Positions 1-11,538 of a stretch of DNA of 64,000 nt are shown here, piece after piece. The notes below the pieces were generated by a model, which was given only the letters and a program-made list of their open reading frames with translations, ran no database searches and was not told the DNA's origin. Every line of letters begins with the position of its first letter. Within the stretch, counting starts at the first letter, position 1. A program made the position numbers and the translations under genes. The stretch is from Chrysemys picta bellii (lineage: Eukaryota), in assembly GCF_011386835.1 (NCBI RefSeq), contig NC_088793.1, positions 147,870,001 through 147,934,000 of the forward strand, in the 5' to 3' direction.

Positions 1-210
1 ATGCCTTTGCCACCTCAGGATTGGATTGCTGCATCACACTGCATCTTAAATCCTGGCAGAAGCTTGTGCTGCCTACTCAGTGGTGTATCTTACCAGGAGC
101 ACATGCCAACAGTGCTCCAGGATGCATGCTGTGGATGGCTAGATGGAGTTTAAGACCAGGAAAGCCCCAGATGGCCCAGGACCTGCCTATTTGAGAGACT
201 GCTTCTTCCC

Positions 211-433
211 CAGGGCCGGCTCCAGGCACCAGCTGGCCAAGCAGGTGCTTGGGGCGGCCACTCCGGAGAGGGGCGGCAGGTCCAGCTATTCGGCGGCAAT
301 TCAGCGGACGGTCCCTCACTCCTGCTCGGAGCGAAGGACCTCCCGCCGAATTGCCATCGCAGATTGCGATCGCGGCTTTTTTTTTTTTTTTTTTTGGCCG
401 CTTGGGGCGGCAAAAACCCTGGAGCCGGCCCTG
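211..433. mobile_element. Non-autonomous hAT-type DNA transposon (MITE), 223 bp
   Basis: Terminal inverted repeats CAGGGCCGGCTCCAGG ... CCTGGAGCCGGCCCTG. 8-bp flanks TTCTTCCC (203-210) / CTCTTCCC (434-441), 7/8 identical; 8-bp TSD is typical of hAT. Near-identical relative at 49244. Confidence 0.9.
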
Positions 434-3049
434 CTCTTCCCCATGCCATATTGCTGCAGTTGAGGTAGTGGCACTGCTCGGTATGAAACAGAAGGGGCAG
501 AGGGCAGGGTATTCTCTGTACGGGCCTCTTGGCTTTGGAGTTCTCTTCCCCACCAAGTCCAAAATAGTCCAGGTCTGCTGACCTCAGGCTACGCTGCCAG
601 GGTCTTCTTTGGAGGAGGGGGAAATTGCTCAGGGTGCTATATGGGGAGGGCTAGGTGCTTTCCCTCGTTTCTCCTTTGCTGTAAGATTTGATCAATTACT
701 TTTGGATGTTGCAGATTAATTCCTCCCTGTTTGTGATACGTTGTCATGGCACTGTACATATTGGCCTCTGTGCAGTGTTCTTGCTTGGGAGCATGCTAAC
801 ATGACTGAGATGATGGTAAAAATGGCAGGAGCTGCTAAGGCTGGGGAGCGCTCCAGCCATTTGGGGAATGTTTAATAACAGCTCAGCAACTGCTTCGATC
901 TAAAGAGAAAACATTTTCTGAAGCATCACGCATAAGATCTGCCTTCCCAAAACATGGGTTAAGCATCAGCTTCCTCTGTTTAGACAGAAGATAAATACTG
1001 GGGAAAGATACTCAGGAGATCTGTTAACCTTTTGGAGCTCTTGTTTCAGGCTGTGTGCAGACTCAGGCAGGCAACTAGGGCTGCATTGAAAGATTTTGTG
1101 CATAACCGTAGCAGCTAGAGACTTTATCTCTTTAAAATGAAGAGTAAGAGGCTGGAGCTTGAGTCTGTGGGGAGGGATAGCTCCATAGCGGCAGCGTCTA
1201 CGGGTAATGGGGGTACAGCTTTCTCTGTTGCTAGGGCAGGAAGAGCTCTGTGTTTGAGCAGTGAAGGGGAGAAGGTGTGGGAACACGGCTTACTACTGCA
1301 GGCCTTTTTGAATCCACTGTGTGTGTGATGCTGGAGAGGAGCAGATATCCCTGGCAGGGAAGCAGGTTAGCCAGACCCAGCACCTGCAGGGCTGATAGCT
1401 GGGATGTCGGAGTCAGTAACTCCAAATCCCAGCCCATCCCCAAACACAGGTGGCTCAGTAACATGATTGGATCAGAAGCCCAGAACTCAGGCAGGCTGTC
1501 AGTGTTACAGTCTGGCATTCCTGGTGGCAAAGCTTGGTCTGGGGTGAGCTAAGGTCATGCTAGCTCTGAACCCAGACATTGGTTTGTTCTAGTGCTGCCA
1601 AGGAACAAGCATCTGATTGCAGCCTAGAGGGGGTGGGGGTGTCTCCCAGCCCCTTTCTCATCCTCTGGCTGTTAGGGTTGGCATTCAGCTGCTGGGACAA
1701 GCAGGTGATGAAAACACAGTGGTATAGTGCGTCCTGCCAGGGGCAGTCCGGGTTCCTCTGGCACCCTGCTACCCCAGGGCCATGTGCAGGCTTGGCAGGC
1801 CCTGGGGTGCAAGGTGCAGGGAGTGGCTACACAGGAGCATGGCGCTGGATTTTGAGGGAGCAGTGCTTAGTGGGAATGGTTCATTCTGATTTTTAAAGGG
1901 CTGTAAGTGTGCCCAGAAGCCGCGGTGATGGGCACATTCTTAGAAATCTGTAAGAAGCCCCCATTTCTGGGGAGCTCATAGGCAGGGAGACAGTACTGTC
2001 ATGCCAGCTACAGCGGCACCACCTGCACATGGGTGCATGAGGGCGGAGAGTGCACTGTGGCAGGTGCCATAAAATAGGGTTGTATGTGCCGTCCTGTGGG
2101 TCAATGGGAGTGGGCATGGAGTCCTGGGCTGGGGAGAGCTGCCATGGCTGGCAGGAATGGAAGAGAGGGGAGCTGTCCTGCAGTCTCGGAGTGAAGGGGC
2201 CTCTGTGACAGCTCCCTCCCCATGCGGAGGACTTGATCCTTCCCAGCCGTCCATCTCTCCCTCATTGTATTTGATGAGCCTGGCTGGCCTCCAGCAGCCA
2301 CTCTCAGCAAAGAGCTCTGCTCCTTCTCAGGGCTCTGGCTCCAGCAGCCAAGGAGCTGGCATTCATGTGCACGTTGTACTTGCTGAACTGGTCTGTCCGG
2401 TCCCTGCTCTGCCAGTGCCCTGGGGCGGGGGGCAGTGAAGTTACCGCTGGTGTTCGATGGAATTCACTTGGGGCCTGACGGGCAAGGTGAGAAGGGCTTC
2501 CCTGTGGCTGAGGGGGCAGGACCTGGGTAATGGCGTGAGGGTGATGGATGGGAGGTGGGCAGCTTGGCTCTGGGTGTCGCTGTGCCCCCAGCAGTTCATT
2601 CCCTCTGCACCTACCCCAGGGCAGCGGGAAGCTGGGAAACCCCATCTAATCTCCCATGGGCCCCATATGAACACGGGTCACTCCTGGAACCACTCTACTA
2701 CCACAAGCCCATGTAATACTGGGGTCTCAGCTCTGTCCGTCCCAGGTGATGTATATGGGATCTCCTTCCCCGCTGCACCCTGCTGGGAGCATGTAATGCC
2801 TGAGCAGTCAGCCATGTGGGCACTGGGCACACTCTGCTCTCAGCACCACAGCAGCGGGGCTGTCCCTCCGCAATTAGCCTCCCCTGCCTGGGGAAGTGGA
2901 GCCATTAGGCGGTTAATTATTGCAGTAGGAGGGAGTGAAGGTGCCGCTTGCACTGGCAGGGGGCAGAGGCTGGGAAGAAGGGAATGTTAGAGGTGGAGGA
3001 GTGGCAAAGGGAGTGAAGAGTGCTGGGGGTGATAAAGAAGGGGTGTTGG

Positions 3050-3365
3050 GGTGGGGGTGGCTGGGGAGGGAGGTACAGGAGAGTGCTGGCGTGGGGAAGG
3101 GGGGCTGGGGAGGGAGGTACAGGAGAGGCTGCTGGCGTGGGGAAGGGAGGTGAGGAAGTGGGGCTGGGGAGGGAGGTACAGGAGGCTGCTACCGAGGAGG
3201 AGGGAGGTGATGCAGGGGGACTGGGGAGGGAGGTACAGGAGAGGCTGCTGGCGTGGGGAAGGGGAGCTGGGAAAGGAGGTACAGGAGAGGCTGCTGCCCT
3301 GGGCGAGGGAAGCGGGGCTGGGGAGGGAGGTACAGGAGAGGCTGCTGGCGTGGAGGAGGGAGGTG
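3050..3365 (+). repeat. G-rich tandem repeat, ~45-60 bp variable unit (GGGGCTGGGGAGGGAGGTACAGGAGAGGCTGCTGGCGTGGGGAAG)
   Basis: About six imperfect copies of the GGGAGGGAGGTACAGGAG core are readable. This repeat explains the low-complexity ORFs at 2917-3589. Confidence 0.9.
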
Positions 3366-3840
3366 GGAAAAGATCACGTCCAAAGCTGGCCTGTCCAGGT
3401 GAGGGCACCATAGACAGCACTCTTGGCAGAGGGCCAGTTGCTCCCCCATGGGCCTGTGAACTGGGTGGAGTGGAAAGCCCCCTACAGGCTTTGGGGGAGC
3501 GGAGCCCCCGGCCATCAGCCCATGCCCTGCTTCCTGAGAGAGCGAGTGGCCGTCTCCTCGCATCTATACAGGGGTGTCCTTTGGTCTAAATGAATGTGGG
3601 AGGAGGGGTCTGGCCAGGAGCAATGACCGTGTGACCCCAACAGTGTCAACATTTAACTCCCCCTCCTTCCCAGCTGTGCCAGACTACTCTGGTGATTATA
3701 CTGACCAGGGGCTCCCTGGAGCTGCAGTTTGGATTTAGCCTCATGTCATGCCAGTCCCACAAACCCAGCCCTTCCCCCAATTCACGGGGCACTAGACACC
3801 CCTGAGCCTGACCCGGCTGTGGGGAGGCAGCTGAGCTGCC

Positions 3841-5415
3841 TTTAAATCGGCTTCTGTACCCAATGACTGGAAGTTAGCTAATGTAACGCCAATATTTAAA
3901 AAGGGATCTAGAGGTGATCCTGGCAATTACAGACCGGTAAGTCTAACGTCGGTACCGGGCAAATTAGTCGAAACAATAGTTAAGAATAAAATTGTCCGAC
4001 ACATAGAAAAACATAAACTGTTGAGCAATAGTCAACATGGTTTCTGTAAAGGAAAATCGTGTCTTACTAATCTATTAGAATTCTTTGAAAGGGTCAACAA
4101 ACATGTGGACAAGGGGGATCCAGTGGACATAGTGTACTTAGATTTCCAGAAAGCCTTTGACAAGGTCCCTCACCAAAGGCTCTTATGTAAATTAAGCTGC
4201 CATGGGATAAAAGGGAAGGTCCTTTCATGGATTGAGAACTGGTTAAAAGACAGGGAACAAAGGGTAGGAATTAATGGTAAATTCTCACAATGGAGAGGGG
4301 TAACTAGTGGTGTTCCCCAAGGGTCAGTCCTCAGACCGATCCTATTCAACTTATTCATAAATGATCTGGAGAAAGGGGTAAACAGTGAGGTGGCAAAGTT
4401 TGCAGATGATACTAAACTGCTCAAGATAGTTAAGTCCAAAGCAGACTGTGAAGAACTTCAAAAAGATCTCACAAAACTAAGTGATTGGGCAACAAAATGG
4501 CAAATGAAATTTAATGTGGATAAATGTAAAGTAATGCACATTGGAAAAAATAACCCCAACTATACATACAATATTATTTATGGGGGCTAATTTAGCTACA
4601 ACAAGTCAGGAAAAAGATCTTGGAGTCATCGTGGATAGTTCTCTGAAAATGTCCACGCAGTGTGCAGAGGCGGTCAAAAAAGCAAACAGGATGTTAGGAA
4701 TCATTAAAAAGGGGATAGAGAATAAGACTGAGAATATATTATTGCCCTTATATAAATCGATGGTACGCCCTCATCTCGAATACTGCATACAGATGTGGTC
4801 TCCTCATCTCAAAAAAGATATACTGGCACTAGAAAAGGTTCAGAAAAGGGCAACTAAAATGATTAAGGGTTTGGAACGGGTCCCATATGAGGAGAGATTA
4901 AAGAGGCTAGGACTCTTCAGCTTGGAAAAGAGGAGACTAAGGGGGGATATGATAGAGGTATATAAAATCATGAGTGATGTGGAGAAAGTGGATAAGGAAA
5001 AGTTTTTTACTTATTCCCATAATACAAGAACTAGGGGTCATCAAATTAAATTAATAGGCAGCAGGTTTAAAACAAATAAAAGGAAGTTCTTCTTCACGCA
5101 GCGCACAGTCAACTTGTGGAACTCCTTACCTGAGGAGGTTGTGAAGGCTAGGACTATAACAGAGTTTAAAAGAGAACTGGATAAATTCATGGTGGTTAAG
5201 TCCATTAATGCTATTAGCCAGGACGGGTAAGGAATGGTGTCCCTAGCCTCTGTCTGTCAGAGGGTGGAGATGGATGGCAGGAGAGAGATCACTTGATCAT
5301 TGCCTGTTAGGTTCACTCCCTCTGGGGCACCTGGCATTGGCCACTGTCGGTAGACAGGATACTGGGCTAGATGGACCTTTGGTCTGACCCGGTACGGCCT
5401 TTCTTATGTTCTATG
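3841..5415 (+). mobile_element. 5'-truncated CR1 LINE: ORF2 reverse transcriptase C-terminal half plus 3' UTR
   Basis: Translates to ...GNYRPVSLTSVPGK...YLDFQKAFDKVPH...GVPQGSVL.P...KFADDTKL (FADD at 4399-4410). One frameshift near 4575-4585, ORF ends at 5230. CR1-type 3' tail TTCTTATGTTCTATG at ~5401-5415. Confidence 0.95.
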
Positions 5416-5914
5416 AGGGGGCCCCTGGCAGGGCTGCTGCCTGACACACAGACAATGTGGGTTTGTTTGTGCCCGCTGAGCCGGAAAGGCAGAGCCCAAA
5501 CCCCCGCTGCCCCTCCCAGGACACCAGGGATGGCTAGAGTCCCAAAAGGCCTCACCCAGAGGGGAGCACGGGTGCCAGAGGGAAGGGGCCAGGAGCTCAG
5601 GCCAGTGTGGGAAGCACAGGGTTGGTATCCATTAGTCTGTCTGAGCACCTGTCACTGGGTTTACTGTCTGGGGTGGCCTTCTGGGCACAATAGGCAGCGT
5701 GAACCATTGCATCTCCATCTGCATCATCAGGGGCTTAGAGGCACAAGCAGGCTGCCTTGCTATGCTCCTGAGGGGCATAGAAAGTGCTCTTATCCGCCAG
5801 AGGGTATCTGGGACACAGTGAGCAGCCCTGTCTGCATGCAGGGAGGGAGGGAGTCACAACAGTTGCTCTGCTTTTAGGAAGGGAATCATACATACAGGTG
5901 CTTTCTGTCATTCC

Positions 5915-5928
5915 CCAGCAGAGGGCAG
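5915..5928 (+). promoter_or_regulatory. CTCF consensus motif CCAGCAGAGGGCAG
   Basis: Matches the CTCF core CCASYAGRKGGCRS. Binding is not shown. Confidence 0.45.
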
Positions 5929-8889
5929 ACATCACATGCATTGGCATTGCCACTGAGCCCTGTGAAAATATTGATTAGTTTAGTTAGTTAGGCCTTCTAT
6001 TGGGGCCAGGGCTGGGTATAGGCCCCCACAATAAAGCATGGACCTTACCCTGCTTGGCTCTTAGCTAGGAGCTGTGCAGTGTTGGGGAGCCAGCGATAAA
6101 AGTATGAAAGGGAAACATGCAGGCTGTGTCTGGAGGACCTTCCTGGCACTTAGCTGTGAATTGCCTGTCCAGAGAAGAAGGCCCTAGGCTGGACAGAGCC
6201 CTGGGGGATGTGCTATAGGGCCTAATCCTGCCTTGCTTTCCTTGGGAGGGATTAGGTGGAATCTACCGAGGCATCTCCCATCTCTGATTTCTCTGCTGAT
6301 TTGAAGCCTCACTTTTATCCACAGCCTGCTCTAGACAGCTGCTTCTAGCAAAAGCCTATTGGAGAGACAAGCAGGGGTGGAACTGTGCTGGCTTATGGCA
6401 GCTGGGCAGACCAGAATGCTCGCCTGCTGTCAGCAGCTTGTGCTGCAGCTTCTCAGCATTCAGCTAAAATAAATCTGTAGCCCTTGAGATTGTGAAGGAA
6501 AAACTTAAAATCACGACACAAATGTCAGCAATGCCTGAGTCTGCAGAGAGCCCGATACAGGTGCTCTAGGACATGTGAACTGCCCCCATTCTTCTCAGTG
6601 AAGTGTTAATTATGATGCAAGGTGAGGAGAGTGTAAACGTCAGCCTTGTTAACTATTTCACTTCAGGTTGAATCATGCAAGAAAGGAGAGGGAAGATCAC
6701 ACTGAAGATCTGCACAGTCCACTGTGAGTGGTGATGCTAGTAGATGGAACTCAAGCTGTGGCGGGACTTGGGAGAGGACTGTGACATATTCTTCCCTGGA
6801 AACAAACCAGCCTGCATAAAGAAACCAGGTTAGTTTCCCAACTGCCCTGCCACCTCTCCCTCACTTTCTGTTCAAACCCACAAGGGCCAAGTTCTGCATT
6901 CAGCTGTCATCCTCTGTCAAGGTGATATTCAGCCAGCCAGCCAGCTCCCCCGGCTCTTTCACACGGAACCTCTAAGCTTTCAGGTAATAGATGTGATGGT
7001 GGATCTGCCATACCCATGAATCCCTGACTCAGCATGGTAAAGTGAGGAGGTAAAAATAAAATAATGCATCACCCCTGCTCTGTTCCCCCTCCCCAGAACC
7101 TAAGGACACACCAGGTGGCTGCTGTTGTTTCTTAGGTTGTGTTTTTTAATAGAGACACTCGTATTGTTTATTTTTGTCTCCAAATGAATCATCAACAGAT
7201 GTTAAAGTCTCATTTTTAACCCAATTCCTAGGCCCCTGCTTGTGGGTTTATTTCCCATGGTCAGTAATCGGCTGGCAATTGAAACAGTTCCCGCGCCACT
7301 TGTGAATTCCTTGGGACAGCTGATTAAAATACACATCCCCCTTCCCCTTTTTTTATAAGAACAGCAGTGAAAAGGCCGTCATTTCCGGCATCTGTAGGGA
7401 CATGCAGAGGGTGATTCTACTCCAGATCTGCCCTTTCGTCATGGCTGTGCCCTGAGCCCTGCTCCTTGCCACCCACCACCCCTCTCTGTTTTTAACAAAC
7501 TCTCTGTTGGTTTCTCAGCAGCCCCTGATTCTCAGTGCTATTCACAGCTGGTGATTTAAGCGGCTGCATCCATTTTTGAGGTGGGAAATGTCTGTTACAC
7601 CACTCAACCCATTTCCCCCAGAGCCAGGGCAAGGCTAGCATGTTCCAGTTTCAGGATCAGGGCAGGAGCCACTGCTGCCGGCTAGTGCTTGATCCACTAT
7701 GGGGCTCCAAAGCTCTGCGGGGCTTCAAGGAGGCAGCTGCCCTACACTGAATGTGGTAAGTGAGCGTTCTTGCCCATCCAGCAGCTGTGTCCCCGCTACT
7801 GTCTTCCCCACTGCAGCATGGCGTGCTCTGCAGTGCACGACTAGTGGTGTTAAGACCAGGTGTGCTTGGGAGACTAGATTCTGGGACTCCTGACTGGCAG
7901 TGAGGGATTAGCTCAGCAAACTGGCCCCAGGTGTGCTAAGAGAGCCTGCGGCCGGCGAGGGTTTCCCCAGGCCCAAGGATGCAGACCATGGCAGAGCGTC
8001 TTGCTTGGCTGGTTTTATGGTCTTGTTTTCGTGTTAATGGGACACTAATGACGCAAGTCCTGTGCTTCTGCCTTTGTTCTCGCAGAGCCCTTTGCAGCAG
8101 AGTGACCCCTTGGCATCCTGCCGATATCTGCCAGGCCCCGGGAGCTTAGAACAGGAAATCCACTTGGAGAAGCCCTGAATGGATTTGGTGCCAACAGGTG
8201 CCAGGTTGAACTCTGCAGATGGATGGCCTCTATGCACAGAGTAGGGGACTTGCCCAGGCTGCTGTAGTGTTCCTCATCCCTGCTCTGCAGGGACCCTCTC
8301 TAGACAGGAGCTCCATCTTAGTGGTTCCTTGGCCTCTGCTGAAACTGCCAGCAAGTGGGCCAATAAGTGCCATGTTGTGCCATGGACACATGTTCACCGG
8401 GAACTGGGCTGAGAACCCACCAACTCACTTCACATGTAGGCCCTCGAACATCTGTCAGAAGGGGATAACTCAATCACTGCTGCCCGGAGCTATAACTGGA
8501 ATCAGCAGTAGCTTAGAGGATAATGGCTCCTTGCTCCCAGCCTCCTATGCTCTCCAGTACCTTCTAAACTGAGCTCTGTTTTGGAACAAAATGATGGAGG
8601 GGTGACCCCAGGACTTCTTGGTGCCAACTGGCAAAGGGCATGGGAATGCATAAGAGTTACAGGCTTGTGGTTCCCCATTTGTAAGTGTCTATAGATCCCT
8701 GTCTCTGCTGCTCTTGTCTATAGAGGGGAGGGAAGCAGCCCCAGACTGTGTTACAACAGCAATGCTAGATTTTGCCTGTGCATTGGGGAGCAAGCAGGCC
8801 TTCACTAGCAAGCAAAGTCTAGTAGCTAAAGAGGTTTGGAAGTCCGGATGCTTGGTTCTTTTCCAGGCTCAGTAGGGGAATATTGTCAT

Positions 8890-9110
8890 GTTGTTAGAGT
8901 GGGAGACTGATACTTTAGAACTCCTGGGTTCTGTTTCCAGTTACGCCACTGACTCATTTGTGTGACATTGGGCAAGACGTTTCATCTCTCTGCACCTCCA
9001 TCTGTTGCGCCAGGGTAGTGCTCGTACTCTGCAGGTTATCGAGGGGTTGTGAGGGTTAGTTAATGAATGGTTGTAAAGTGCTTCAGATCTCCAGACAAAA
9101 GTTTCTATAT
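8890..9110 (+). mobile_element. Degenerate MIR-like (CORE) SINE
   Basis: ...ACTCCTGGGTTCTG...GCCACTGACTCATTTGTGTGACATTGGGCAAG...CTCTCTGCACCTCCATCTG resembles the MIR head and core. Boundaries approximate. Confidence 0.6.
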
Positions 9111-10508
9111 GGGTGCAAAGTGTAAAGGGTTCTAAACACACTGAGCTCATACAAACATTGACCAGCTCCCCGGGCCCTAGAAATCAAATATTGGCCAAGG
9201 GGAGAAAAATAAATCCTGAGATGATCTGGTGTATTGCCCAACGCCTAGGGCAAATCCCGTTTTCTGCTGCTGCCCTCAGAGACAGGTGTTTGTTTTTTCC
9301 CTTTGGATTTTGTTATTTAAGTAGAAGACACTGAATGGCTGAAAACAAATGAAGCTTTCATTAAACATTTTGCAGGAAATGGGATGTGTAAAAGATCATG
9401 TAGCACATTTATTTATGGAGTTAAAAAAAATAACTGAAGGGGAAGGAAACAAATGGCCCATTTGTGAGGAGTTTTCTGTCCAACGCTCCACACTTTAGAA
9501 AGTTTTGGAAGCTCCAGTGGGCTGGATCATGGCTCTGGTGCAAGCGGGGTTGGCATGTAGCTGTGCCACCCTAGAAGCAGTGCAGGGGGAGGTTTTAGAG
9601 TGGAACAGCATCCTTTGCTTCCCCCGTGCTCCAGATTTGTTGCTGGCCTGTAGCAAAAGCAAATTGTGATGGCACCATGAGGATTCAGCTGTGTTAATGA
9701 GACCATTACAGGGGCCGGAACCAACGCACTGCCCTGCCCCGTCAGGTCAGGAAGGAATAGTGGGCACACCGCCCCCAGTTATGCCTGTGTGTCTTCCCTA
9801 GGGAGGCTATGCAGGGATATAAGGGGGGCTCTTACTTCCCCTTAGACTCCAAGGCAGTGGTTGTAATCCAGGGCACAGTTTAGCTCAATGTGCGGTAGCT
9901 ATAATTTGTAAAGTTCTCAGTGCTGATTCCTGCACAAAGCCCTGGTTTTCTGCAGGATTGAGCAAAGGTACTTTAGGTTTCTGTGGGTGTTTGTTCCTGC
10001 CAAATAGCTTAGACGCAGTGCTATGATGGCGTGTGAAACATTTTTGTTTTTGTTTTTGTTTTGGTCAGTGACTGAGATATTATTGGAAAGGTATTTGGCA
10101 AGACCGTAGCTGCTCAAGCCGGGGCTCCTAGCTGCGTGTGGATTAGGTGGAGTCACAGGATACAGGGTGATTCATCTGCCTTGTAATGAAAACCCTGCCA
10201 CATGAACTGCGAGTTACTAATTACGCTTCAGATCCAGGGCTACTTAACAGAATTAGCGTCACCTTCTTCAAACGCACTCCTGTCTCGTGTGGTGATGGGA
10301 GTTACGCGACAAAGGCAGCGATGTTCGTAAATATCATTGAGCGGCTCCTGCCCTGAAATGACTCAGTTCACCTAACTGAGTGAAGCCTGCTTCAGTTCTG
10401 CCATTGGCAGTTGCCAGAAGTTGTCGTTGGCTGGGTGGAGTTTAAAGAAGTAGCCCAGCTGTTTGGGTTTTCATTCTTGGGTAAGTTCTCCTAACAACAC
10501 TGACTTGC

Positions 10509-11325
10509 TGTCCAGGCTGCTTCCCCACTCTGAACTTTAGGGTACAAATGTGGGGGCCTGCATGAAAACTTCTAAGCTTAACTACCAGCTTAGATCTGGT
10601 CCGCTGCCACCATCCCAAAGCTAATTCCCTTCCCTGGGTAGCCTTGAGAGACCTTCACCAATTCCCTGGTGAATACAGATCCAAACCCCTTGGATCTTAA
10701 AACAAGGAGAAATTAACCATCCCCCTCCTTCCTCCCACCAACTCCTGGTGGATCAAGATCCAAACCCCTTGGATATAAAAACAAGGAAAAATCAATCAGG
10801 TTCTTAAAAAGAAGGCTTTTAATTAAAGAAAAAGGTAAAAATCCTCTCTGTAAAATCAGGATGGGAAAATAACTTTACAGGGTAATCAAACTAAAAGAGC
10901 TCAGAGGACCCCCCTCTAGCCTTAGGTTCAAAGTACAGCAAACAGAGATAAACACTCTAGCAAAAGGTACATTTACAAGTTGAGAAAACAAAGATAAACT
11001 AACACGCCTTGCCTGGCTGTTTACTTACAAGTTTGAAATATGAGAGACTTGTTCAGAAAGATTTGGAGAACCTGGATTGATGTCTGGTCCCTCTCAGTCC
11101 CAAGAGCGAACAACCTCCCAAACAAAGAGCACAAACAAAAGCCTTCCCCCCCCCAAGATTTGAAAGTATCTTGTCCCCTTATTGGTCCTTTGGGTCAGGT
11201 GTCAGCCAGGTTACCTGAGCTTCTTAACCCTTTACAGGGAAAAGGATTTGGGAGTCTCTGGCCAGGAGGGATTTTATAGTACTGTACACAGGAGAGCTGT
11301 TACCCTTCCCTTTATAGTTATGACA
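10509..11325. mobile_element. Solo LTR (817 bp), probably Gypsy/Ty3-type
   Basis: Begins TGTCC and ends ATGACA (TG...CA). Perfect 5-bp TSD CTTGC at 10504-10508 and 11326-11330. Internal duplicated GATCCAAACCCCTTGGAT. No internal gag/pol. Confidence 0.85.
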
Positions 11326-11346
11326 CTTGCCTACCTGCCTTGCAGT

Positions 11347-11538
11347 GCTGTTGTAGCCGTGTTGATCCCAGGATATCAGAGAGACAAGATGAGTGAGGTA
11401 ATATCTTTTATTAGACCAACTTCTGTTGGGGAGAGAGACCAGCTTTCGAGCCACCCAGAGCTCTTCTTCAGGTGTAAGCACGAAAGCTTGTCTCTCTCTC
11501 CAACAGAAATTGGTCCAGTAGAAGATATTACCTCACCC
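11347..11538. mobile_element. Penelope-like-derived fold-back (inverted repeat) element
   Basis: Inverted arms 11391-11448 and 11481-11538 (GTGAGGTAATATCTTTTATTAGACCAAC... / ...TTGGTCCAGTAGAAGATATTACCTCAC). Same organisation as the 49721 element. Family assignment is from recalled similarity. Confidence 0.7.

Noticed and set aside
2917-3589. Overlapping 120-190 aa ORFs
   Set aside because: They are translations of the G-rich tandem repeat.
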